Of a stretch of 64,000 nt of DNA, positions 40,182 to 49,067 are shown one piece after another. The notes beneath the pieces were generated by a model. That model searched no databases and was not told the DNA's origin. It worked only from the letters and a program-made list of their open reading frames with translations. Position numbers and translations under genes: made by a program. Every line of letters starts with the position of its first letter. Within the stretch, counting starts at the first letter, position 1. Origin of the DNA: Alcaligenaceae bacterium (GTDB lineage: Bacteria; Pseudomonadota; Gammaproteobacteria; Burkholderiales; Burkholderiaceae_B). The stretch spans positions 2,290-66,289 of the forward strand of contig JABMMM010000174.1 of NCBI GenBank assembly GCA_013205565.1. The letters are read 5' to 3'.

Positions 40182-41846
40182 TCACAGCTTAGTTTGCTGC
40201 ACCATCTCTAACAACATACGGCGTCGAATTTGTTTGTTTGTCTGCCCTTGCGGCGTCCACCACCAAGCGCCCGCAGCCATCTGATGCGCAGCACGTACAA
40301 AACGTTGGCAGAAATCATCAAAATCTGCATCTGTAAAGTTCAGACTAAAGATCAGTCTGCCGGTACCGACCCAACTCAGGGCAATCCCCTCGCGACGCAG
40401 GTAAAACTGCAACAGCCAGTTAAAGCGGCTTGGCACGTCATACAGCACGGTCCACACGGTCGACATGGCCTCGACACGCAGTGGCAGCCCTTCGCGCTTG
40501 AGCAGGTCGTTCAGCCGAGTCTTGCGCATGTCCCAGGTTGTTTCAAGCTCTGCATAAAGCTTTTGAACTGCAGGGGTGTCTTGGCGATGCAAGAACACAT
40601 TCATAGCACCCATGACATAGGGGTGAGCATTGAAGGTGCCTCGGGCAAAGCAGATATCGGCCGGGTGCTCGGCATAGAAACGCGTCATCAGCTTTTTCTT
40701 ACCGCACAGAATACCAATCGGCAAACCACCGCCCAGTGTCTTGCCATACGTGACCATGTCAGCATCGATACCGAAATACTCTTGGGCGCCACCTGGGGCA
40801 AGCCTGAAGCCCAAAAAGACTTCATCCAAAATAAAGATGATGCCTCGCTCGGCACACACCTGACGCAGCTCTTTGAGCCACGCGGTATACGCTTCGCGGT
40901 CGTAATTCGCCCGACGCCCGCCATCGACCAGTGTCGAGTCGGTTGGAGCCGCTTGGTTGGGGTGCATGGCTTGTATCGGGTTGACCAACACGCAAGCAAT
41001 GTCGCGACGATTGCGCAGCACCCGCAGCGTGTTCTCATGCATTTCACGCAGCGTCAGCGTGTGCTTAGACGGTGGCATCGGGTTACCAGGCCCTGGCTGT
41101 ACATCATCCCACCAGCCATGGTACGCGCTGGTAAAGCGAACAATTTTTTGGCGTCCAGTTTGATAGCGTGCCAAGCGCACGGCTTGCATCACCGCCTCGG
41201 TGCCAGACATATGAAACGAGACCTCATCCTTGCCCGAAATCGCGCACAGGCGTCGAACATTGTCGAGTACGCAAGGATGGTACGAACCCAAGACCGGGCC
41301 CAGATCGCGCACCATCTTGCTGCCCTCTTCGATACAAGACTTGTAAAAATCCAAGCCAAACAAGTTCACGCCGTACGAGCCCGTCACATCGATCAAGCGG
41401 TTGCCATCCATATCGGTCAGCCAGACGCCATCACTGCTCGTCCAGAAGCTACCCATTTGAATGTGCTGTTGCAAGACTTCGCGAAACTGATAGGGCACCC
41501 GATAGTTGCTGATGAACTGCAAGTCAGAAATCATCGGTTTGCTAGCGGCTGTATGCGCCAGGGTCAACGCGCTGCGCGACCGCAGATCATTGCCCAGCGA
41601 GGCAAGCGCCTGACGCCGTTGCAGTACGACCTCTTGCGGCGCGCTATCTGCGTCAAACCATTTGTCATCAGAGTACGAGTAGCCAGGCAACCAACGGGTA
41701 ATGCGCTTAGCCCAACGCAGGTGTCCCCCCAAAGACGGGTATTTCGCCACCGACAATTGCAGACGTTGCTTGATGCGCAACAACAGCCAAAGACCCACAG
41801 CAGTTGCAGCAGCGTATTGCATAACACTCAAAATTTGATCAGTCAT
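40182..41846 (-). CDS. Class III PLP aminotransferase (GSA-aminomutase-like) with N-terminal membrane anchor
   Basis: DVTGSYG, SGTEA, AYHGW, LDEVFLGFR, YGKTLGGGLP; 554 aa, hydrophobic N-terminus. Confidence 0.85.
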   Translation of the reverse strand: MTDQILSVMQYAAATAVGLWLLLRIKQRLQLSVAKYPSLGGHLRWAKRITRWLPGYSYSDDKWFDADSAPQEVVLQRRQALASLGNDLRSRSALTLAHTAASKPMISDLQFISNYRVPYQFREVLQQHIQMGSFWTSSDGVWLTDMDGNRLIDVTGSYGVNLFGLDFYKSCIEEGSKMVRDLGPVLGSYHPCVLDNVRRLCAISGKDEVSFHMSGTEAVMQAVRLARYQTGRQKIVRFTSAYHGWWDDVQPGPGNPMPPSKHTLTLREMHENTLRVLRNRRDIACVLVNPIQAMHPNQAAPTDSTLVDGGRRANYDREAYTAWLKELRQVCAERGIIFILDEVFLGFRLAPGGAQEYFGIDADMVTYGKTLGGGLPIGILCGKKKLMTRFYAEHPADICFARGTFNAHPYVMGAMNVFLHRQDTPAVQKLYAELETTWDMRKTRLNDLLKREGLPLRVEAMSTVWTVLYDVPSRFNWLLQFYLRREGIALSWVGTGRLIFSLNFTDADFDDFCQRFVRAAHQMAAGAWWWTPQGQTNKQIRRRMLLEMVQQTKL

Positions 41847-41890
41847 AGTTTTGCCTCGAAAACTCCTTTTTATGACTTTAAAGTGACGAA

Positions 41891-42814
41891 ATGATGAACA
41901 TCAGTAAAGCCGTACGTAATGTCTTTGCCAATGAAGACCTCAATTTTTTGGTGACTAACCGAATTCCTAGGCTTGCTGTCACGCATTTCATGGGTTGGTT
42001 CAGCAAAATCAAGGTGGGCTGGGTACGAGACGCCTCGATCGGCACCTGGAAACTATTTACTGATCTTGATTTAAGCGAAGCTAAAAAACAACGTTTTGAA
42101 AGTCTTCACGATTGCTTTGTTCGGGAACTGCGTGAAGGTGCTCGGGTCATCGATCACCACCCAGAGGTGATGACGAGTCCTTGTGACGCCATCGTAGGCG
42201 CCTGTGGCAAGATCATTAATGGGCAAGTGTTTCAGGCGAAGGGGTTTCCTTATACCCTCACTGACCTCTTTGGCGCTCAAACCGACACTAGTGCTTGGGC
42301 CAACGGCCAGTACATCACCTTACGTTTAACCTCTGCGATGTACCACCGCTTTCATGCCCCTTATACCGGTGCGATGACAGCCGTACATTATCTTGCAGGC
42401 GATACCTGGAACGTAAACCCGATTGCCTTAAAGCGTGTCGAGAAACTATTTTGTAAAAATGAACGCGCAGTACTTTCGCTCGAACTAGGCGCACAAAAGC
42501 ACAAGGTGGCGCTGGTTCCCGTCGCTGCGATCTTGGTGGCCAGCATCCGCTTACACGGCTTGAATACGCTATTTCATACACGCTACAGAGGACAGACTGA
42601 TTTTGCTTGCAACGTAGCCTTTGAAAAAGGGCAAGAGCTTGGCTGGTTTGAGCACGGCTCGACCATTATTGTGTTCGCCCCAGAAGGGTTTTCCTTAGCT
42701 GACCAAATCTTGCCCGGTGCGCAGATCAAAATGGGGAGCCCGCTGATGCAGTTGCCACCCGAGCAGCAGGCGATGAGAACGACAAACCACGCTGCCCAAG
42801 CGAGCGCGCCGTGA
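41891..42814 (+). CDS. psd: Phosphatidylserine decarboxylase-family proenzyme
   Basis: DCFVRELR, SPCDA, YHRFHAP, NER, HGST self-cleavage site. Confidence 0.85.
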   Translation: MMNISKAVRNVFANEDLNFLVTNRIPRLAVTHFMGWFSKIKVGWVRDASIGTWKLFTDLDLSEAKKQRFESLHDCFVRELREGARVIDHHPEVMTSPCDAIVGACGKIINGQVFQAKGFPYTLTDLFGAQTDTSAWANGQYITLRLTSAMYHRFHAPYTGAMTAVHYLAGDTWNVNPIALKRVEKLFCKNERAVLSLELGAQKHKVALVPVAAILVASIRLHGLNTLFHTRYRGQTDFACNVAFEKGQELGWFEHGSTIIVFAPEGFSLADQILPGAQIKMGSPLMQLPPEQQAMRTTNHAAQASAP

Positions 42815-44112
42815 GTCGTGGCTTCTATGTCGTCATCCTCGCGCAAACCTTTTCCTCGCTAGCGGATAACGCACTGTTCATTGCTGCGATCGCACTGATT
42901 CATCAATTAGAAGGACCGGTGTGGGTACCCCCTCTGATCAAATGGGGCGTTGCCGCCAGCTATGTATTGCTGGCACCATTCGTTGGCGCAATCGCCGACG
43001 CTTATCCGAAAGGCAAGGTGATGTTCACCACAAATGCCTTCAAAGTCATAGGATGCATCTTGATGTTTAGCTACGGCTTTTTTGGCTTGACGGCATCTGA
43101 GCAAATCATCTTAATCTGCGCGGCCTATGCAGTTGTCGGTACAGGTGCCGCCGCGTATTCGCCCGCCAAGTACGGCATCATCACTGAAATGTTGCCCCCC
43201 GAGAAACTGGTCGTCGGCAACAGCTGGATCGAAGGCATGACGGTCGTTTCTATCATTATGGGATCCGTTGTGGGCGGTTTGCTGGTATCGCCCGCAGTAT
43301 CAGGTTGGTTACTGTCACACGACACTCTCAAGAAAATGGCCAATACACCTGCTGAAGTTGCGATCTTGATGATTGGTCTGTTGTACATCGCCGCCGCGCT
43401 GACCAATTTATTGATTCCAAAAACAAACGCCCAGTACCCGAAGCAGCATCAGCACCCCATTCGCCTCATCAGAGCCTTTGCTGTTTACACCAAGGTGCTG
43501 TGGACCGATAAGCTAGGTCAGATTTCACTAGGGGTCACAACCCTCTTTTGGGGGGCGGGCGCAACACTGCAACTGATTGTGATCGAATGGGGTCGCAGTC
43601 AACTAGGCTATCGCTTAGATCAAGCCTCAATCTTGATGGGCATCGCCGCCTTAGGTACCGTGCTGGGTTCGATTGCAGCGGCTCGCGTGCCGCTCAAGCA
43701 ATCGCTTCGTGTCCTGCCGGTTGGGGCACTCATGGGGTTAGTCGTGCTCGTCATGCCGCTCATTTACAACGAGTGGGCCGTGTATGGGCTGTTGCTGGTC
43801 ATAGGGATTTTGTCTGGCTTTTTTGTCGTGCCCATGAACGCTCTGCTGCAGCATCGTGGCCATCTTTTGCTGTCAGCGGGCCATTCAATTGCTGTGCAAA
43901 ACTTCAATGAACAACTCAATATTTTATTGATGGTCTCGCTTTACAGCTTAATGTTGTGGCTAGGGATTTCAATCAACACCATCATCGTGATGTTTGGACT
44001 CTCGGTTGCGATCTTAATGCTTGTGTTGATCCGGTGGCATCAGACAAACCTTCGTAAGGATCCGAACCTACTCTCGCGTATTGGTGAACACGGCCAGGGT
44101 CAGGCGCTTTAG
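42811..44112 (+). CDS. lplT: Lysophospholipid transporter LplT (MFS), copy 1
   Basis: SSLADNALF, YSPAKYG, VPMNALLQHRG, SIAVQNFNE. Confidence 0.88.
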   Translation: MSRGFYVVILAQTFSSLADNALFIAAIALIHQLEGPVWVPPLIKWGVAASYVLLAPFVGAIADAYPKGKVMFTTNAFKVIGCILMFSYGFFGLTASEQIILICAAYAVVGTGAAAYSPAKYGIITEMLPPEKLVVGNSWIEGMTVVSIIMGSVVGGLLVSPAVSGWLLSHDTLKKMANTPAEVAILMIGLLYIAAALTNLLIPKTNAQYPKQHQHPIRLIRAFAVYTKVLWTDKLGQISLGVTTLFWGAGATLQLIVIEWGRSQLGYRLDQASILMGIAALGTVLGSIAAARVPLKQSLRVLPVGALMGLVVLVMPLIYNEWAVYGLLLVIGILSGFFVVPMNALLQHRGHLLLSAGHSIAVQNFNEQLNILLMVSLYSLMLWLGISINTIIVMFGLSVAILMLVLIRWHQTNLRKDPNLLSRIGEHGQGQAL

Positions 44113-44172
44113 CTCTAACAACAGCAAACTTAAGCTGAGTCAGGGAGCCGGGGCGCTATTGACGCAAACACC

Positions 44173-45039
44173 CTAATCAAACCGGTAGGTTACACCCACC
44201 TGCACACGGCTGACATACTCGCCAGAACCGCCCCAAGCCGTTCCAATTGAACTGGCGTTGCGCTGGTAAGACAACCCAAAGCTCAGATCCTTGGTGGGCG
44301 AATACATCAAGGCGACAAGCCCATAGCGCGTCATTGATGGATCAGACTCACTCGGATTGGTGGTGATCCCGCCATCAAGCGCGATTTTCCATTCGGGTGA
44401 GATGTTCCAGACCGGTGCGAGCGAAACCGAATAAAGGTTGGTGCGATTTGCATCTTCGCTGAAGCCGACGGTGTACGCCTTGTTATACGGTGCGCGCAAA
44501 TAGCCTGCGTTGAAATGCAACTCGTAGTTCTCACTAAATTGCGAAGCAACTAAGGTTAACCCGTAGTTCCAGGCTGCGTTACCGATGCCATATACTTGTT
44601 GCGAAGTACTTGAGGGCGCAATCAATTGAGGCCGCAGCGTCAGGTTCAAACCCGTCTCACCGTCGCCCATAAAGCGCCACTTCAAGTTCAAGGTGTAATT
44701 TCCAACGCGCGAAAAAGAGCCCAGTGGCTGCAAATAATAGGTAGACGTGAACTGCAGGTCAATGTTGTCAGTCAAGCCGCCTGAAAACGCGAACGGAAAC
44801 GCTTTCGCGTTACCAGAACCCTCATAGTCTTGCCCTGAGCTCACACTGCCCGAGTCAGTCGAATTCTGCCCAACCTGCAACACCCTGTAAAAATATTGCT
44901 CGACCTGGTAGCCACCCTTGGCTGTGGTGCCAGCATCCTCGGTATTTAAGGGCATGTAGGCGTAAGCGGGAAGACACGCCAGAAACAGAGTCAGAGCAAA
45001 ATATCTATCGCTGGCCAAACCACTTTTTTTTGTAAGCAT
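44173..45039 (-). CDS. Putative outer-membrane beta-barrel ('transporter' family)
   Basis: Signal peptide, PLNTEDAGT start motif, alternating aromatic strands, C-terminal VGVTYRFD. Confidence 0.65.
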   Translation of the reverse strand: MLTKKSGLASDRYFALTLFLACLPAYAYMPLNTEDAGTTAKGGYQVEQYFYRVLQVGQNSTDSGSVSSGQDYEGSGNAKAFPFAFSGGLTDNIDLQFTSTYYLQPLGSFSRVGNYTLNLKWRFMGDGETGLNLTLRPQLIAPSSTSQQVYGIGNAAWNYGLTLVASQFSENYELHFNAGYLRAPYNKAYTVGFSEDANRTNLYSVSLAPVWNISPEWKIALDGGITTNPSESDPSMTRYGLVALMYSPTKDLSFGLSYQRNASSIGTAWGGSGEYVSRVQVGVTYRFD

Positions 45040-45143
45040 TTATTTTTATTAAATAAAATTTTTTGATGTACTTTATTAACAGGATTGATGTACTAGTTCG
45101 ATAGTAGTTGGGTTGCTTCCTTGTGTCAACTACAAAGCAACAC

Positions 45144-45953
45144 TCAGACCGCTTGCGGTATCTGCCCACCAAGCGAAAACTTCAAACTTTGATCCAGAAA
45201 GTCGTGGGTGTGAACGAGTACCGTCTCGCCACTTATCAGTACCACACTATAGGCCGGTGGTTCGTGGCTGCCGGGAATATCGCCTTTGGCCTCAAAATCC
45301 AGCCAAACCTGATGGTTTGTGCCGCGCAGTGTCGAAAACGGTACCCCATGCCAACTACCCGAAATCGGACGATGCACGTGACCAAAAAATAGATGGCGCA
45401 CTGAACCTAGATACGGGCGAAGCACCTGCAAAAACTCATCGCGTTGCACCAGTCCAATTCGATCCATCGGCTCTAGTGCCACCTCAAACGGCGGATGATG
45501 CATAAAAATATATTTTGGCGTGTCAGGCGAACGTGCAAGTTGTTCACGTAACCAATGCAAGCGGTTCGCACAATACCAGCCCGAATGTGTGCCCGGTTGA
45601 TTGGTATCTAAAAACAAAAACTGTCCAACGGCGGTCTCTTGCACACCTTGCACAAAACCGTTTTCGTCTTCTAAGGCATCGCTAAACACACCACGAAACA
45701 ATTCGCGGTTGTCATGATTACCCAAAATCAGCGTGTATGCAGGCTTAAGCTCAGCAAGGCTCGCATGCAGGGCGTGATACGCACCCAGTTGTCCCCAGTG
45801 GGTCAGGTCGCCAGTGATCACCACTTGATCTGCATCGGCGTGCAGGCTATTGATACTTGCCACAGCAAGGTTCAACCGCTCAAGGGGATTCAACCCATAC
45901 AAGATTTGGCCAGGTTCGACTAAATGGGTATCTGTTAAGTGTATGAGTTTCAT
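45144..45953 (-). CDS. GpdQ-like metallophosphoesterase (glycerophosphodiesterase)
   Basis: TDTH, TGDLTH, LGNHD, MHHPP, FGHVH. Confidence 0.88.
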   Translation of the reverse strand: MKLIHLTDTHLVEPGQILYGLNPLERLNLAVASINSLHADADQVVITGDLTHWGQLGAYHALHASLAELKPAYTLILGNHDNRELFRGVFSDALEDENGFVQGVQETAVGQFLFLDTNQPGTHSGWYCANRLHWLREQLARSPDTPKYIFMHHPPFEVALEPMDRIGLVQRDEFLQVLRPYLGSVRHLFFGHVHRPISGSWHGVPFSTLRGTNHQVWLDFEAKGDIPGSHEPPAYSVVLISGETVLVHTHDFLDQSLKFSLGGQIPQAV

Positions 45954-46008
45954 CTTGATCCTTGAGCGGGTGAGTCGGTTTACTGCCTGAACAACTCAGG
46001 CGTTTAGT

Positions 46009-47274
46009 CTATTGACGCGGTAAAAGTTTCTGGACTGAAGCGGTCATGTCATCCAACACCTTCTGCGGCTCTTTCGCACGGGTTCCCGAAACGATTGATT
46101 GCAAATGATCGTTAATGACATCCGTAATTTTCAAGCCGTTTTCACCCGGAAACGCATACCAGCCTGTCAGGTAAGGTAATTGCTTGACTGCCGTAAAGTG
46201 GTTAGGATTTTGCACATAAAAATCCTTCAGATATACGTCATTCGCAATCTTATTGGGTGGAATGTAACCAGTCGTTTTTGCCATAATTGCCGCACCCTCT
46301 GGGCCTGTTGCAAACTTTACGAACGCCCACGACGCGCTCTGTTTTTCAGGCGTCTTCGCGACGATCACAACAAGGTTGCCGCCAGCCGGAAGATTGCCGT
46401 TTGGCAAGACACTGGGATAGACCTGGGTCTTGAGTTCAAACTTGCTACCGATCATTTGCGTGATCTTGGTCAGGTCTGAGGTTGAGGTGAAGTGAATACC
46501 CGTCTTGCCCGCCACAAAGGCGCTTCGTGCATCAGGTTGCGCCAAGTTAGGCATACCGCCTTCATTGACTAAACTCGCGATCATATTGATCGCAAATTTT
46601 CCGGCATCGCTATTAAACGCAACCTTTGACTCGTCAGCATTAAGCATGGTGCCACCCTGACTAAACACTGGCGCCTGCCAAAGCCAGTTGCCTGTGATAT
46701 CCCAAGAATAGGTCACGCCATGATGGCCACCCTCTAACGCTTTAATTTTTTTGGCTAAAACCAGCACTTCTGGCCAAGTTGTTGGCAAATTCGCGGCGTC
46801 ACCACCAGCTTTTTTAACGAGGTCGAGATTGTAATACGAAATTGGCAACGAAATCGCAAACGGCAAACCGTAGACTTTACCTTGCGACGTGCCAATATCA
46901 AACATGGCTTTATGAAAACCTTGCTCGTTGAAATTCTTTTCAGCCGCGATAAATGCATCAAGTGGGACGGCGATTTTGCGATCGACTAGCACCCGCAAGC
47001 GATTTAAGCCTTGAAAGGTGACGTCAGGCAGTTGGTTGGTGACCGCCTCACGTAGAATTTTTTGTGTGCCTTCTTCGTAGCTTGCATAAGGCGCGCGGTA
47101 AACCAAAGTGATATCAGGGCGCACTTTAGAGAAAGCTTCTTTCAGCTGCTTGTGTGTTTCTTCAAATAACTCAGGGTAAGGATATTGAACAACAACCTCA
47201 GTGGCGGCAAAAGACAAAAGAGGCACGGCCAACAATGCAGTTTTGGCTGTCAGCGATAGCATTTTTAAAATCAT
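46009..47274 (-). CDS. UgpB-like periplasmic binding protein
   Basis: Signal peptide, LPFAIS.P..YYNLD, TTGYIP; start moved to 47274 (RBS GGAG). Confidence 0.82.
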   Translation of the reverse strand: MILKMLSLTAKTALLAVPLLSFAATEVVVQYPYPELFEETHKQLKEAFSKVRPDITLVYRAPYASYEEGTQKILREAVTNQLPDVTFQGLNRLRVLVDRKIAVPLDAFIAAEKNFNEQGFHKAMFDIGTSQGKVYGLPFAISLPISYYNLDLVKKAGGDAANLPTTWPEVLVLAKKIKALEGGHHGVTYSWDITGNWLWQAPVFSQGGTMLNADESKVAFNSDAGKFAINMIASLVNEGGMPNLAQPDARSAFVAGKTGIHFTSTSDLTKITQMIGSKFELKTQVYPSVLPNGNLPAGGNLVVIVAKTPEKQSASWAFVKFATGPEGAAIMAKTTGYIPPNKIANDVYLKDFYVQNPNHFTAVKQLPYLTGWYAFPGENGLKITDVINDHLQSIVSGTRAKEPQKVLDDMTASVQKLLPRQ

Positions 47275-47339
47275 AAAAACTCCAAAGAAAACGACTAAAA
47301 AAAAGAAGGTCCAACCGACTGCGACCCTGCACAAAAAAC

Positions 47340-48155
47340 TTACTTCATACCCGTCATGGTGATACCTTGCACAAACCGGCGTTGCAGAAAGACAAATGCC
47401 ACAAGCAAAGGAGTAATAATCACGGTTGCAGCAGCCATCAACGCACCAAAATCAGTGCCAGCATCATCGTTCCGAAAATGCACAACACCGAGCGGTGGCG
47501 TAAAAAGCGCCTGCTCATTCACGGCAATCAAAGGCCAAAAATAATCATTCCAGTGGGCGACCAACGAAAAAATTCCAAACGCTGTCAAGGCTGGATACGC
47601 CACCGGCAACATCACCCGCCATACAATGCCAAGCTCTGAGATGCCATCCATGCGAGCCGCATCCACCAAGTCGTCAGGCACAGTCATAAAAAACTGTCGC
47701 ATCAGAAAAATGCCAAACACAGAGATCGTCCAAGGCAAAATTAACGATGCATAACTATTCAACAAGCCCAACTGATGTAGCAGCAAAAACACTGGAATCG
47801 CAACAGCGTGTGGTGGGATTAACAAACAGGCGAGCACCAAGCCAAAGACAAACTCTCGACCCTTCCAGCGCAGCTTGGACAAAGCGTAGGCCGCAGGCAG
47901 GTTCACAACCACTTGCAACAAAAAAATCGCAAGTGTGACAATCACGCCGTTGAGCAGATACTGGGCAAGCGGTGCCTTGGTAAAGGCCCTCGTATAGTTC
48001 TCGAGCCAAAACATTCGATCGGGCAGCCAGCGGATATGATCCACATAGATCTCTTCAGGCGGTTTGAGCGAGGTCAGCACCATCCAGACAAACGGAAATA
48101 AAACGACCGCGGCCAACAACAGCAGCACCACATGACGCAAGGCTCGACTAAGCAT
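47340..48155 (-). CDS. CUT1 permease (UgpE-like)
   Basis: PFVWMVLTSLK, DAARMDG; start moved to 48155. Confidence 0.88.
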   Translation of the reverse strand: MLSRALRHVVLLLLAAVVLFPFVWMVLTSLKPPEEIYVDHIRWLPDRMFWLENYTRAFTKAPLAQYLLNGVIVTLAIFLLQVVVNLPAAYALSKLRWKGREFVFGLVLACLLIPPHAVAIPVFLLLHQLGLLNSYASLILPWTISVFGIFLMRQFFMTVPDDLVDAARMDGISELGIVWRVMLPVAYPALTAFGIFSLVAHWNDYFWPLIAVNEQALFTPPLGVVHFRNDDAGTDFGALMAAATVIITPLLVAFVFLQRRFVQGITMTGMK

Positions 48156-49065
48156 AGTGAACCTTCTTTTCAAGGTAACGGGTTTTAATCAGCGTCAGCG
48201 CTAAGACAATTGCCAAGAACACAATCGTCACTGCAGAGGCATAACCCGACTTAAAAAATTCAAACCCTTCGGCATACATGGTGTAAAGCAGCACCTCGGT
48301 TGACTTGCTCGGCCCCCCTTTTGTCAGGATCGCAACCGTGTCAAAGACCTGAAAAGAGCGGATCGCCGTGATCACCACCACGAAGAGCGTGACTGGCCCT
48401 AGTAACGGCCAGGTGACGAGACGAAAACGCTCAAGCGCAGTTGAGGCGCCGTCCATCGCCGCTGCATCATAGAGATGTCGCGGAATCGAGACCAGCCCAG
48501 CCAAAAACAAGACCATATTGAAACCAAACTGATTCCAGATCCCAATCGCCGCGAGCACCCACAAAGCAAGCCCTTCAGTGCGCAACCAATTATGGCCAGG
48601 CAAACCAAACTCTTTTAACAACAGATTTAAAAAGCCGAAGGTAGGGTGCAAAATGAATTGCCACGAGATCGCCATGGCAATCAGTGTTGCCATGACTGGC
48701 AAGAAAAAGATTGTGCGGTAAAAATCCTTAAAGCTTTTTTGCGCTTCAATCAGCAGTGCGACCCCTAACCCAAGCAACACAGAGGTCGGCACCACCACCA
48801 CGCTATAAAGCGCGGTATTGCGCAACGAGCGCCAAAAATTTTTATCTTGATAGAGCTCGATAAAATTTTCAACGCCGATCCAGTTGAATGATTTTGCACC
48901 TAATTGATAGTCAGTAAACGACAAGCCCAACACTGCAAGCAGTGGGCCCAACAAAAACATTGCCATCAACAACAAGGCTGGGCCCAGTAAATAGAAGGGC
49001 GCCCAATTCATTTTGCCTCTTTGCTTAGACGCAAGCGGCTTGAACGTCTTCCTGTTCACGTTCAC
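48148..49065 (-). CDS. CUT1 permease (UgpA-like)
   Basis: LYDAAAMDGA, TKGGP. Confidence 0.88.
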   Translation of the reverse strand: MNVNRKTFKPLASKQRGKMNWAPFYLLGPALLLMAMFLLGPLLAVLGLSFTDYQLGAKSFNWIGVENFIELYQDKNFWRSLRNTALYSVVVVPTSVLLGLGVALLIEAQKSFKDFYRTIFFLPVMATLIAMAISWQFILHPTFGFLNLLLKEFGLPGHNWLRTEGLALWVLAAIGIWNQFGFNMVLFLAGLVSIPRHLYDAAAMDGASTALERFRLVTWPLLGPVTLFVVVITAIRSFQVFDTVAILTKGGPSKSTEVLLYTMYAEGFEFFKSGYASAVTIVFLAIVLALTLIKTRYLEKKVHYA

Positions 49066-49067
49066 CT

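Noticed and set aside
41872-41889. Pho-like box TCGTCAC-TTTA-AAGTCAT before the PLP enzyme
   Set aside because: Not listed as a promoter: no -10 at the 10-nt spacing and it abuts the RBS region; kept only as weak support
40230-41894. 554-aa + strand ORF
   Set aside because: Codon-aligned antisense shadow of the PLP aminotransferase; no recognisable motifs
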